Shown: positions 23,246-36,511, counted from the first letter of the whole stretch. The stretch is DNA of 63,538 nucleotides, filler included, from Craspedostauros australis (GCA_030167865.1; 15 parts of 15 records of this genome joined end to end with filler, not necessarily neighbours in it); one strand, 5' to 3'. The notes: generated by a model from the letters alone, not told the origin. Translations and numbers: made by a program.

Positions 23246-23567
23246 TTAATCCATGGTTGATCTCAATTGAATGATGTTCCCATTGTGTCTATCGTAGATC
23301 TCCTTCTTTGTGTTCTTGGTGAAGCCGTCTGCGATGTTGTCCTCTGAGCGCACAAATTGAATTCGTGCCTCTCCGTTGTCTATCAGCTCCCGAGTGAAAT
23401 GATGTCGTATATCAATGTGTCTCGTTCGCGCTGATGTCGACGGATTGGAGGCAATGAAGATAGCCCCCACATTGTCCACGTATACATCCACTGGTTTGGT
23501 CATCGTCAAGCCGATGTCCTCCATTAGCTGCGTGAGGAAGCGAATCTCTTTTCCTGCTTCTGATAGG
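23246..23567 (-). CDS. Copia RNase H C-terminus (second copy or haplotype of 23995-24316)
   Basis: VDNVGAI, HIDIRHH and NIADGFTK motifs; differs from the neighbouring copy by a few SNPs across a 50-N gap. Confidence 0.85.
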
Positions 23568-23617
23568 NNNNNNNNNNNNNNNNNNNNNNNNNNNNNNNNN
23601 NNNNNNNNNNNNNNNNN

Positions 23618-23900
23618 TTGCCATCCTCATAGATCTCTCCGTTCCCGACCGTTATTGGGACATGGCCGAGTAGGCCACTGGATGAGGGTGCTTGGATGTC
23701 GTATAAGACAGGTAAGGCCATTGGGCTGTCCGAGTGCAACTGGTCGATTGCTAGATTGCGGTTTGTCTGGTAGATGCTATTGGGGGTTGCGGCAATCATG
23801 GGTATCTTTGCACTTAATACCATTCCGGTTCCAGTCAGTCCTCATGGGAGCTGCGGTAGAATAGGGTATCTTTGCAAAGTCGTACCCCCGATTCCTGACA
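23618..23900 (-). mobile_element. Partial LTR B2 (5' part), with PPT at 23901-23907
   Basis: Near-identical to 22977-23151 where they overlap. Confidence 0.85.
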
Positions 23901-23994
23901 CCCTTCCATTGTCGCACTACCATACTCACCCACACACAAATCCTCTCTCGTCACACTCCCTTGCCTCGTTCTTCCACTCATCCCATCTGTCTCA

Positions 23995-25503
23995 TTAATC
24001 CATGGTTGATCTCAATTGAATGATGCTCCCTTTGTGTCTATCGTAGATCTCCTTCTTTGTATTCTTGGTGAAGCCATCTGCGATGTTGTCCTCTGAGCGC
24101 ACAAACTGAATTCGTGCCTCTCCGTTGTCTATCAGCTCCCGAGTGAAATGATGTCGTATATCGATGTGTCTCGTTCGCGCTGATGTCGACGGATTGGAGG
24201 CAATGAAGATAGCTCCCACATTGTCCACGTACACATCCACTGGTTTGGTCATCGTCAAGCCGATGTCCTCCATTAGCTGCGTGAGGAAGCGAATCTCTTT
24301 TCCTGCTTCTGATAGGGCGACGTATTCCGCCTCTGTTGAGCTGAGAGTTACACTTCGTTGTGCCTTTGATCTCCATATGATGGGCACCCCTTGCAGTAGG
24401 ACAAGATGTCCCCCGACACTGATTCGGTTATCCTTGTCTCCCGCAAACTCACTGTCTGCGTAGATCTCGATCTTCCATGTGTCGTTCTCTAATGGGGCTG
24501 GTTGCATTCGTAGTCCGTAGTCCTTCGTGTCCGATACGAACTTCATTACTCGCAGCATCTCCTTGTATGCTGCANNNNNNNNNNNNNNNNNNNNNNNNNN
24601 NNNNNNNNNNNNNNNNNNNNNNNNGAGGAAGCGAATCTCTTTTCCTGCTTCTGATAGGGCGACGTATTCCGCCTCTGTTGAGCTGAGAGTTACACTTCGT
24701 TGTGCCTTTGATCTCCATATGATGGGCACCCCTTGCAGTAGGACAAGATGTCCCCCGACACTGATTCGGTTATCCTTGTCTCCCGCAAACTCACTGTCTG
24801 CGTAGATCTCGATCTTCCATGNGTCGTTNTCNAATGGGGCTGGTTGCATTCGTAGTCCGTAGTCCTTCGTGTCCGATACGAACTTCATTACTCGCAGCAT
24901 CTCCTTGTATGCTGCAGCTGATGGTCCGTCCAGCACCTTGGTAAGTTCCCGCACCGCATTCGCGATGTCTGGTCGCGAATGCTTCACCAAATATAGCAGC
25001 ATGCCTACTCCGCTTCTGTATCTGCTGTGTCGGTCACTATCCACTTTGGGTAGGTTGCTGTTTCTCTGGATACCCTGTCCTGGTGTTCCTGGAGTTCCGT
25101 ATTGTTGTAGAGTCAGCACGTCATCCTTGAATGTATCGATGATGTTCTTGATGATGTGTGGCTGGTTCACCCAGCAGTTCGACTGGTNGTTGTTGAAGAN
25201 GATCTTGCAGCTGAGGTAGTCTTCGAGGTCGTTNTCCACCTTGATTCCGAATTGCTCAGCTTTGATGTCGATNGTCAGTTGCTTCAANTCCNCCTTNTCT
25301 CCNATGCATAGGCAGTCGTCGACGTAGGTGCCTATTAGCAGTAGTCTCCCTTCCTGATTCCGAATCAGAAGGCATGGATCCACTTTGCTCTGTCGAAATC
25401 CCAGCTTGAGTAGAATGTTGACCAGCTTTTTGTTCCATTGTCTGGCGCTCTGCACTAGTCCGTAGATGGTCTTCTTGAGCAGCAAGCATTCGTCGGCCTC
25501 ATG
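23995..25503 (-). CDS. Ty1/copia reverse transcriptase - RNase H (5' partial)
   Basis: LKKTIYGLVQSARQW, QSKVDPCL, YVDD, YADSEFAGD, SSTEAEYVA and NIADGFTK. Confidence 0.95.
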   Translation of the reverse strand, partial: HEADECLLLKKTIYGLVQSARQWNKKLVNILLKLGFRQSKVDPCLLIRNQEGRLLLIGTYVDDCLCXGXKXXLKQLXIDIKAEQFGIKVXNDLEDYLSCKIXFNNXQSNCWVNQPHIIKNIIDTFKDDVLTLQQYGTPGTPGQGIQRNSNLPKVDSDRHSRYRSGVGMLLYLVKHSRPDIANAVRELTKVLDGPSAAAYKEMLRVMKFVSDTKDYGLRMQPAPXXNDXWKIEIYADSEFAGDKDNRISVGGHLVLLQGVPIIWRSKAQRSVTLSSTEAEYVALSEAGKEIRFLXXXXXXXXXXXXXXXXXAAYKEMLRVMKFVSDTKDYGLRMQPAPLENDTWKIEIYADSEFAGDKDNRISVGGHLVLLQGVPIIWRSKAQRSVTLSSTEAEYVALSEAGKEIRFLTQLMEDIGLTMTKPVDVYVDNVGAIFIASNPSTSARTRHIDIRHHFTRELIDNGEARIQFVRSEDNIADGFTKNTKKEIYDRHKGSIIQLRSTMD

Positions 25504-25603
25504 NNNNNNNNNNNNNNNNNNNNNNNNNNNNNNNNNNNNNNNNNNNNTTAATTAATTAANNNNNNNNNNNNNNNNNNNNNNNNNNNNNNNNNNNNNNNNN
25601 NNN

Positions 25604-26614
25604 GAAGACGTACGCGGAAAGCCGGTGCGGCATGATGCCGATGCTGCTGGTGTACTTCAGGCGAAGCGCGGCATGCTCCAGGTTGATGACACCATCGGCC
25701 TGCAGCTTCACCACCAGCTGGTCATTCATGGCAAAGACACGGTGACCGTGGGCATTGCGAGGAATGACGGAAGAGGACGGCTGGAACGAACTCAGCGGGC
25801 AAGAGTGCAAGTCCGCACGTGCAGCAGCAGCCTGGAACTGGCCATACCAGTTGAAGATCGCAGTGGGCGAGTCATCCTTGAGGGGCAGGCGCCACTTGTC
25901 CCAGGCCTGACCAACACCGTAGTCCAGACGCTCGAGAGCGGGCGGGACCTGGTAGGTACGGTGTCGCCGGAACGCGGGGCTGGCGTTGGCCACAGAGTAG
26001 TCAACTCCAGAGTCAGTGACGTAGTCGAAGTCCTCTGCCGGGAGACGAGGAGTCGTGAAATTGGCAGGCGGTAGAGTACGAGAGTCCACGGCAGGCGCAG
26101 TAGAAGGAGCACCATCGCCAGGAACACCACCATCGCCAGACCCACGAACATCGTCAGGCGGCGGCTCGTCAGCGGGATCGCGAACCTTGGAAATGTCGAC
26201 GACCGCGTCGTCCGCACCAGGGCTGCGCTTGTCATGGCGCGAAGCGATGGAGGCCACCGACGAGGGCACGGAGCGGAAGACGGAAGGGATCGGATTCTCG
26301 AGGCGCATGAACGGACGGAACTCGCGCGCTGAGAGGCTGGTCGCCCAATGTTCGTCGTCTTTGCCAGTCTTCAGGTACCACGCGCGGAGCTGCCACAAGT
26401 GTCGCACATGAAGCGGACTCTTGGCGGACCACGCGCAGAGGCACTCGTGGAAGCCATCATCAGGCGCGCAGAGGAGGTCGTAGAGTTCCTCATCCGAGCG
26501 CACCTGAAGATCGGCCATGGCATCCGGGAACCACTTCCACCCGAGGCGGAGAGAGATGGTTTGAGCAGTGGACACCGTCGCAGCGGGCGGAGCGTTGTCG
26601 TCAGCGGAAGCCAT
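25604..26614 (-). CDS. Gag-like ORF of a short-LTR copia element (family D), 3' partial
   Basis: ATG at 26614 downstream of an LTR and a GGTTATGG PBS; LRAWY...W..LSAREF..F motif resembles diatom copia Gag N-termini. Confidence 0.65.
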
Positions 26615-26758
26615 GGTAGAGAGAGGAACGAAGTGCGGAGCGAAGAGAGGGTGACGAGAGGGCATACAGCTCGAAGCCAGGGAATGAAACGTCCTGAAAC
26701 GAAGAGCACGAAGAGACGGAGAGGATGTAGTCACAAAAGCGTGAAACAAGCCATAACC

Positions 26759-26891
26759 TGTCAGTATCTGTACGGGAGGATGTGTGTGTGTGTGTGTGTG
26801 CTAATGATGGATTTATGGGAGGAGACTGTCTCCGTTGTCACTCTTCAGAGGCGGAGGCTGCGGACGTCTGTCCTGCGTACGTATGCCAACA
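26759..26891 (-). mobile_element. 133-bp 5' LTR (family D), followed by PBS GGTTATGG (26751-26758)
   Basis: Minus termini TGTTGG...TGACA; contains (TG)10; identical copy at 27182-27314 with a different outer flank. Confidence 0.8.
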
Positions 26892-27181
26892 CATCCTACC
26901 GCAATCCGCTCCAGTGAAGGAGAGTCCAGTCATGCCTTCATGTGGACAATTTTTAAATCCTGGCTTCATATGCGNNNNNNNNNNNNNNNNNNNNNNNNNN
27001 NNNNNNNNNNNNNNNNNNNNNNNNCAGCGGAAGCCATGGTAGAGAGAGGAACGAAGTGCGGAGCGAAGAGAGGGTGACGAGAGGGCATACAGCTCGAAGC
27101 CAGGGAATGAAACGTCCTGAAACGAAGAGCACGAAGAGACGGAGAGGATGTAGTCACAAAAGCGTGAAACAAGCCATAACC

Positions 27182-27314
27182 TGTCAGTATCTGTACGGGA
27201 GGATGTGTGTGTGTGTGTGTGTGCTAATGATGGATTTATGGGAGGAGACTGTCTCCGTTGTCACTCTTCAGAGGCGGAGGCTGCGGACGTCTGTCCTGCG
27301 TACGTATGCCAACA
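27182..27314 (-). mobile_element. 133-bp 5' LTR (family D), second insertion site
   Basis: Identity to the first copy stops exactly after ...GCCAACA. Confidence 0.8.
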
Positions 27315-28111
27315 GCCTTATTTTAATTTTTATCTCTGACCCACGTCAGCCAATGACCGTACGGTCGCTACAGGATCCTGAAAAAAATGGGCTCCTATAG
27401 AGACTATAATTTAATCATATGTACTTCAACACATCGGTAATAAGGTAGGAGTGTTAGACAGTGAGTCCAGGCCTTGGTTATAAACTTATGATGGCGTCAG
27501 CCTAGCGTTTTAGAGGCAAAACGTGATGCAAGCAAACCGGGATATGTATGAAACCGTTGAAATGGCGTTACACGATAGTCGCCACTATCAATCATGGACG
27601 ACATAGCAATGAGACAACTGCACCGACGCATACGACATCGATAAGACTCATAATCTGCATCTTTACTCTTTTTCGCTCTAAACCGGTTTCACGTGTGTCG
27701 AAACTTGGTTTATCATTCTCATCCGCTCATGCGGGCATGTGCGAGCGTGCGGGGACCGCCTGAAGAGGCGACGATAATACTGGGACCCCGCTCCGAGGGT
27801 GGACCGTCACCAAGCCGGCACTGCTTGTACTGTGCTGCATCCTCTTTGACCATGATGTGTTGACGCAGATGGTCACACGGAAACCCCTACTGCGACACGC
27901 GCTGTCATCAGCGGAAAGATCGTGTGCCTTGTTGCCCGGTCCGTGCTTCTCATCGCGGGTTGTTACCGCAAAACACACGTTGAGCCATTTTTTCACGACG
28001 AAAACACACCATGTCCCAGTGTGGTTTTCTTGTCAACACAACTCTCTCCCCTTTCTCCACTTCTTTCTCTCACCATCATCATTATCACCACTACGTACGA
28101 AAATCATCAAC

Positions 28112-30789
28112 ATGGCAGCCGCTGCAAATGCAAACGTGAACGAGATACGTGACTATTGCAAGAATGTACTCAGCTTCCCTGACGATGACATCGTCGATGC
28201 TTTGGAAGATCAAGGCTTGACCAAATTCGACAACTTTCTCTCCATTACCAACAAAGGTGTTACTGCCCTGTGCAAGCGCATCTGCGATGGCAGTGGGTTC
28301 ATCGAAAACCCAGCATACAAGGCAGGAGCCAAGGGCAACATACCACCACAAATCAAGGACCCAGGCATCAGTGTTGGTTGGGTTCATGAGACAAAGCTCC
28401 GTCAACTCCGTTATGCACGATTCCACTTCCAACGTATCCAACGCCCTTTACGGCAGCAGAGGCGCCCATGGACCGCCTCGTCGCGCTGTGGGAGCTCTTC
28501 TTGGAGGAACAACGTGTCAAGAAAGAAACAGAGCCAGACATGCCAGAACGGCTGGTCAAAGTGGACCGCATCTGTGACAGCCTTGAAGACATTCAGAACT
28601 ACTTGGAGAACACGCATGGTGCACTTGACACTCCACTCTCCTATGTGATCCGTGAGGATTCACGTAAACCTGAGGATCGCACACCAGCCATCAACAACAG
28701 GTTTGGTGTACCTACCATGAAAGAAGAATTGATTGACCGCGCAATCCATGAAGGCATCCGATATGACGCAGACAACGCCAAAGTATGGCAAGTGGTTTGT
28801 CATGTCACGCATGGAGGACCTGCATGGGCTTGGGTCCAAGGCTTTGAGCGCTCACGCAATGGTTGTGCAGCATTCATCGCTCTCAAAGAACATTACCATG
28901 GCGACTCATTCTAAGCACGCACCAAGGCAGCCGCATCCAAAACAATCGCAACCAGTTTCTACGACGGAAAATTGCGTCAATTCTCTTTCGAACGATACAC
29001 ACAAATCATGAAAGGCGCATTGGAAGACATGGCACAATGTGGTGAACCATTGGTGAACGCGGCGAAAGTGCGTCACTTCCTCGATGGTATCCGCGATTCG
29101 CGTCTCGACAGCGCATGTGTTGCTATCAAGATCAATGAAGCCCTTCACAAAGATCTACCGGGTGCCATCAATGTCCTGAGCAAAGTCATTGACCACAAAC
29201 AAATCGCATCACCCAGACACTCTATTGGTTCAATGGGCCGTGGCAAAGGCGGTCGCAACAACCGCAATGGAACACCAAGCAAGGGTGGTCGCGGCGGTCA
29301 AGAAAAACCCAAGAAATACGACCCTGACATGGTCATTACGGATCGCCACTACTCACCAGAGGAATGGTCGGTCATGTCGTCTGCACACAAGACCAAGGCA
29401 CTTGAGATGCGTGCAGAACGGGACAAGCGCCGTGGGGTTATGTCGGTGGGCAGAAACACGCCATCGAAACGCTCCCACGACAAGACAGATGGTCACTATG
29501 GACCACGCGATACTACGAACCAAGGCAACGGTCAAACGGGTACCAACAATCAGGCTGGTATTGGCAGCATGGCCACTCGTCACAACCAACAAGGACGTTC
29601 CTGACTGCGAAGTCACACTTGACGGCTCACATCTGTTAGCATGTCTCTGTCGTCTGATACCCCACGGGCAGAACTCGATTTGCATGCGGATACATGTTGT
29701 TTTGGTGACACTGTGTACATTGTGCATCAGACCGACCAAACCGTCACTGCAACCCCTTTTATTGACTCACTTGGGTCCATCGATAATGCACCAATCGTCA
29801 CAGCTGCGATAGCATACGATGATCCAGTTACATATCAAACATTCATTCTTTTCTTTCCACAATCGATCTACTTTCCTCGTCTTGAACATCCTTTGTTGTG
29901 TCCAAACCAAATGAGGGCTGCGGGTATAGTCGTGAATGATGTTCCTCTGCTCATGATCAAAGAGCACGAACGGAAGCCGGAAGACCACTCCGTGGTCTCA
30001 TTCGACGACGACCTACACATTCCTCTACGGTTGCAAGGCACTGTATCCTACTTCCACATGAGGAAGCCAACACAACAAGAAGTCCAATCCGATCGTGACT
30101 GCATCCATGTCATGATGACACAAGAGGCTACATGGGACCCATCCCAATGGTTGTCAGGGGACGACGAAGATGCCATCCGTGCATCTCTCTCATCACAACG
30201 AACCATATCATCCATCAGCATCCATGGCACGCACACGTCCAATCGAAAGGGGACTATTACACCGGATGTCCTTGCACAACGCTGGCGCATCGGAACAGAA
30301 GCCGCATCACGTACTCTTGACGCAACAACGCAACTGGCCATTCGTGACTTTCGTCATGCTTCAGGAACACGTCTTCTCAATCCATACGCCATGCAACTAC
30401 GATATCGTCGGCTCAACACCCAACTCTACGCCGACACCATGCACGCAAAGACCAAGTCGATTCGTGGCAACAAATGTGCCATGATATACTGTACACCGTT
30501 TCACTGGGTCCGGGTGTACCTGATGGCGGAACGCAAAGAAGCACATCGCACACTTGACGAACTGTTTCGTGACCACAGCATCCCACACACCATTATTCCA
30601 GACAACGCAAAAGAGCTCGTGGCTGGCGAATTCCGTCGCAAGCTACACAGAGCACAAGTCTCCATCTGTCCAATCGAGGCATACATCCACAACCAGAACA
30701 AAGCAGAAGAAACCATCCGCGAACTCCGCTAACATTACCGACGTTTGATGACATCGACAGATACACCGGAATACTTGTGGGATTATTGT
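28112..30789 (+). pseudogene. CoDi-type copia gag-protease-integrase, degenerate and interrupted by LTR B1
   Basis: Gag motifs PLSYVIR, DNAKVW, NG..AF.AL..HY and YSPEEW; protease ELDLHADT; integrase YADT / PDNAKE / QNKAE; frameshift ~28450; stops at 28912, 29602, 29620 and 30730. Confidence 0.88.
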
Positions 30790-31211
30790 TGTCAGGAATC
30801 GAGGGTACGACTATGTCGGAAAGATACCCATGATTGCCGCAACTCCCAACACTATTTGTCACACCTTTGGATATTATTCGTCACACCATTGAATATTATC
30901 CATTCCACCCACGACACGAATCACACGGGAATGACCTCAGTCTTACCAAGCAAACAAGTCTGTCCTCTATGAATCAAGAAAAGGACACGATATCTAAATC
31001 ATGTGAAGGAAGATGATGACCGACACATTGATGATCACCCCATCTGGAGATCATGGCACGTGTCACCCACGGACTAGAACAACTCAGAAAGCGCATCATC
31101 CATGACACCAATCATGACACCAATCGGAAAGTTCGGTGTCAGGAGATCAAGAGCGAAACGCAAGACTGTGGAATCGTACCGCAGGGAATGTAGAATAAGG
31201 ATATGCACGAC
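30790..31211 (+). mobile_element. Partial LTR B1 nested in the integrase
   Basis: Starts TGTCAGGAATCGAGGGTACGAC immediately after the ...LWDYC codons; matches 20659 onward on the minus strand. Confidence 0.9.
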
Positions 31212-33399
31212 NNNNNNNNNNNNNNNNNNNNNNNNNNNNNNNNNNNNNNNNNNNNTTAATTAATTAANNNNNNNNNNNNNNNNNNNNNNNNNNNNNNNNN
31301 NNNNNNNNNNNCGATCGGTCAGTTCGCGCCAAAAGCATCGGGCCGCATCCTCAGTGCGCCGAGAATGTGCGCATCCTCCAACGCATGATCCTTCGCGGGG
31401 CCATGCCCCTATGCGACAATCATTGATCGACAATGCTCAACCACAGACGTTCAGTCTCCCAAGTAATTCGATCACTGGACGCTATCCTATCAGACTCAAT
31501 TTTCAGCATATCAACACATCCGTTTGGTTTCGCATCCGTTTCACTGAGCACACACACACTCCTCGCACTTGCCCGCGGTGTATGGCAATTATCAGACCAT
31601 CAGCTTCCGCACCTCAGCCAACTAGTCATAAAACCCAAGTAGCTGTATTCTAAGACCGCGATCTATCACATAGTAGTCGGATCATTTTGGGGGCACCAGC
31701 TACATACACTTTTGATCCGCTGCATCACGCGGTTACGTTCCAGGTCATTGGTACGTATGTGCCTACGGACATGCAATTCAGAGGACTACGTTGTGACCTT
31801 GAGGACCAACTCCAACCATTCGCGGCATGTATCAACGCAATAGCCACGCTACGAATACTCGACCACGTATTCGTTACTTTTGGAATGCGGTTCACANGAA
31901 ACANCCAGACGGACCAAGGAACAACGCCAACAGCACAAAAGAATGAAGTTATGCTTTCGCGGCGACGGCCACCAATCTCATGATCATTGCGAGCCCATGC
32001 AATTGAAGTATGATCGGTCGTGACACATTGCGATCTCGCTGCAGATTCCATTTTTCACAACCGGCACATATTCAAGGACACGGAGAGCACCATCCGCATC
32101 ATCCCCGCAACAAATGTAATAAATAGGCTACCGCAAGAGAGCTGCTGTCCATTTTCCTGCTATACTCAGCTTGCCGTGGTTCATGGTGATTGCAGTCTCA
32201 GCCATTTCGTGTTTTGCATGATATTTTGCAGGGAATATGAACTAGCGTTTTGCTCCACNNNNNNNNNNNNNNNNNNNNNNNNNNNNNNNNNNNNNNNNNN
32301 NNNNNNNNNNNNGCCTGTCTGAACTCCAACCTGTGAAGTGACGTCGCTCACTTTTTGCCGCTTTGGAGGTGCGCGCCAGTCGCTGGCGATCGTTTTACTC
32401 TCCATCCTTGGGTGCACTCGTCTCTCACCCATGGAACCGTCCTGCCAGGTGCGTGCATGGCTGTCACAAATGAAAGTTGTACAAATGCTTGGGCTCCTAT
32501 CACCAACAATAGGTCGTGCGGTGCTGTTTTCATTTTGTTCCATTTCTCNNNNNNNNNNNNNNNNNNNNNNNNNNNNNNNNNNNNNNNNNNNNNNNNNNCC
32601 AGACGGACCAAGGAACAACGCCAACAGCACAAAAGAATGAAGTTATGCTTTCGCGGCGACGGCCACCAATCTCATGATCATTGCGAGCCCATGCAATTGA
32701 AGTATGATCGGTCGTGACACATTGCGATCTCGCTGCAGATTCCATTTTTCACAACCGGCACATATTCAAGGACACGGAGAGCACCATCCGCATCATCCCC
32801 GCAACAAACGTAATAAGTAGGCTACCGCAAGAGAGCTGCTGTCCATTTTCCTGCTATACTCAGCTTGCTGCCGTAGTTCATGGTGATTGCAGTCTCAGCC
32901 ATTTCGTGTTTTGCATGATATTTTGCAGGGATTATGAACTAGCGTTTTGCTCCACAGGAAACAAAAAATGACGAGTCAATGGTTCAGTTGGCCCACGGCA
33001 CATTTTTTGGCCTGTCTGAACTCCAACCTGTGAAGTGACGTCGCTCACTTTTTGCCNNNNNNNNNNNNNNNNNNNNNNNNNNNNNNNNNNNNNNNNNNNN
33101 NNNNNNNNNNNNNNNNNNNNNNNNNNNNNNNNNNNNNNNNNNNNNNNNNNNNNNNNNNNNNNNNNNNNNNNNNNNNNNNNNNNNNNNNNNNNNNNNNNNN
33201 NNNNNNNNNNNNNNNNNNNNNNNNNNNNNNNNNNNNNNNNNNNNNNNNNNNNNNNNNNNNNNNNNNNNNNNNNNNNNNNNNNNNNNNNNGGTGCTCCACT
33301 TGTGCCATGGAACTATGCAGCACATGTGCCAACTTTCTTGTAAAAGGGTGAAAGGCTGATTTATGATAACTTGACTGTCGTCTTCTGATTGCAGCGCGA

Positions 33400-34439
33400 G
33401 AGTGAGCGATGCCCTGCATGCACCGTGCGATGGGACGAGATGTCAGCTCTTGATTGTAGTAGAGCGGTGAACGGAACAGGATGACTGGTGGCTCTGACGT
33501 TGCTGGTCTGATGATCAAAGAAGGACAACGATGCTGCATGATGTTGTGTCATGCACGAGGATCTGGGAACCGATGTAGAGGGGTTTTTCTGAGGCGGCAA
33601 CAATCCAGAAAGTCCGTGGCGAAATGGTCTGGATAGCTCATATGTTGCATCTAGCGCATGGCGTGGGAGCAATGGGCAGCTCGAAACGAAGCACTTTTTG
33701 AAGGTCAAGACTTGGCTGAAGCCGGAATAAATCAAGCTCTTCGCAATAGATCAGAATCATTTCGTCTCCGCCGCGAGCACCATCGGCCCACTCACCACAG
33801 GATTCAACGGACGGCACCAACAGCAGACGCGCACATAGCGCAGGTCGCGATATGGGTCGAGCAAACCACACAGATGTTGCATGAACCGACTGCCTCTGGC
33901 ACCCTGTTCATGTGGCTGAAGCGCAGAAGACGCNNNNNNNNNNNNNNNNNNNNNNNNNNNNNNNNNNNNNNNNNNNNNNNNNNGTTGCTGGTCTGATGAT
34001 CAAAGAAGGACAACGATGCTGCATGATGTTGTGTCATGCACGAGGATCTGGGAACCGATGTAGAGGGTTTTTTCTGAGGCGGCAACAATCCAGAAAGTCC
34101 GTGGCGAAACGGTCTGGATAGCTCATATGTCGCATCTAGCGCATCGCGTGGGAGCAATTGGCAGCTCGAAACGAAGCACTTTTTGAAGGTCAAGACTCGG
34201 CTGAAGCCGGAATAAATCAAGCTCTTCGCAATAGATCAGAATCATNNNNNNNNNNNNNNNNNNNNNNNNNNNNNNNNNNNNNNAGGATTCAACGGACGGC
34301 ACCAACAGCAGACGCGCACATAGCGCAGGTCGCGATATGGGTCGAGCAAACCACACAGATGTTGCATGAACCGACTGCCTCTGGCACCCTGTTCATGTGG
34401 CTGAAGCGCAGAAGACGCGCTCATCCAACCCCGGCCTAA
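33400..34439 (+). pseudogene. Degenerate 3' end of a non-LTR retrotransposon ORF (duplicated across a gap)
   Basis: Manual translation gives RCPAC...C (zinc-knuckle remnant), then KW..*LI..I*RMAWEQWAARNEALF, the W..W..RN motif found at LINE ORF2 C-termini. Confidence 0.5.
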
Positions 34440-36489
34440 AATGTAAAGCAGCCGCATACACGACAGCTCGCACATTCACTGAATGCATACAACAATCAAC
34501 AGATTCTGTGCTCCCTTAGTGTCCGGCGCGAAGTTGAAAGGAGGCGGAGGGAAGCGCCTCCAGCGCAGCCCCATAAGAGAGTTTGATCTTTGCATTATTT
34601 ATTTGCTCATGCACAAGGATCTGAAGCTTCAAGGAACATGACAGACGACGTAGGATGATGGAGGGAGTTGCAATTTTCGGGGCGAGGTTGGTGATGGCGC
34701 CATTTGTTGATTGGTATCTTTCATCGAGTCCCCAGTCACGGATTACTGACAACTCCATCGACTCCCACAACTTTGCCGCATGCGTTCACAAAATACGATC
34801 GGGCACTGTGCCATGCATGGACGTGGTCGATCGGGACGGCTCGTACTCGCATATGCTCGATGATAGTGCCGATACGCATCAAAGTATTGCTTGCGTTTTG
34901 TTGCTGTAGACTGGCTCAGATCAGCCTACATTGGTGCATCCATCCGTCCGAGAGGCATTGAGGTTGCAGGCTATGCACATGCTCATTCGCATGCATTCAC
35001 CTCCACCATTCTCAAACCTCCACATCCAAAATCATGTGTGAACACTCTTAGGAATGTGAGATCGCGATTCTCAAGCTTGGTTCAGTACGATAAATCGCTT
35101 AGAAGCTGCCATGCTGATATGGGTATGGGTATCCAACCATTCAGGTCTTTGCGGAGGCTTCAGGNNNNNNNNNNNNNNNNNNNNNNNNNNNNNNNNNNNN
35201 NNNNNNNNTTAATTAATTAANNNNNNNNNNNNNNNNNNNNNNNNNNNNNNNNNNNNNNNNNNNNGCATCACATTACATCACAATACATCACATCACTCTC
35301 CACACAACAAGAGTTTTGTGTCCACACCAACGATTCTGTGCGAGCACAAGGTAGAGTCACTCTCCGGAAATTCAAGAATCGCGAGCAAGGCCCAAACGAT
35401 GGAAGAAAAAGGAACGTTTTGGGACGAATGACCACTGCGACTAAATTGAAACGTCAATGAGCTCTGTGGCGTCTGTGCGTTATTCACCTAATACGTAGAT
35501 TTGACATGACTTTCAACCCTCTATAACTTTAAAATGATTGGACGGAACAATTCTAGTTCTTGCCATATGATGTATTTGATGTAGGAGAAGAGATATACGC
35601 AGTTTTTTTCAACACAGAAACGACGTTCCCGAGAAAGGTGTACTATTTTCGCTCAGGCGGGTCATATGTGGTGAGTTTCGATGAAGAGACTGTGAGAATT
35701 ACGATATTCTTGGTTTGGTTGGGCATAAAATTACTTCAAGAGTCCACATGACAAACCTTTGGGTCGAATCACCCGGGGTGGCTCAGACTTTTGATTCTGA
35801 GCTACCCCTTTCGCTTGTTGAAGCGACAACAACAGCGCGAATCTGCCAGCCGTTCGCATTTTCCTTCGCTTCTTTGCGATCGGTATCCATCAATGCTGAC
35901 ATGGAGTTGGATTGGTCGAATTAATCGACGGACATGATGGTGATGATGACCTGTCTGTTTGTGCTTGCAAGTCTGTCGCCAACTGTCTGTTTGAATCAAA
36001 CTCACAGACTAACAAAGTAGTTCAAACAGACAGCCATGTGTGAAATGTCATAAAGAAGGACATTTAGCATGATGAATGAACAGAACTTCTCTCAATGCGC
36101 TGGAATGTCTCGTGCGTGTCTGGATATCGACATGAATCTATCAATGAGGTCACAAATCCATGATCGGATTCGCGTGACAAAATCACAATAACCAGCGCCT
36201 CTTCTGCCACGACACTCGTCGTGCGCAAGCCTTCTGGGAAGTTTGTGAGTGTATTGTCCAGTGTCTGTTTGATGGATGACAAAATCCGTGCCTCCAGTCC
36301 AACGCTGTGATGATTGGGACGGCTTCCAACACCGCCGATGTTGTCCGAAGGTATTGGAACTGAATTGTGAAAGGCGCGTACTCGCACTGGAAGCTTTTTC
36401 CGACCAACAATGCCATTCTCAACATAATTGTACGATTGTATACAAGCGCGTTGGTCTTGATTGTTCCACTCGTGGTGGATGCAAACGCC

Positions 36490-36511
36490 AGAGAGAGAGA
36501 GAGAGAGAGAG
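36490..36511. repeat. (AG)11 microsatellite
   Basis: Direct count. Confidence 0.95.

Noticed and set aside
27452..27670. Possible 5' LTR of the 28112 element starting TGTTAGA
   Set aside because: There is no second copy or clear CA end to fix the boundaries.
31312..33056. Short ORFs on both strands
   Set aside because: No recognisable motif, many stops, and largely duplicated across gaps.
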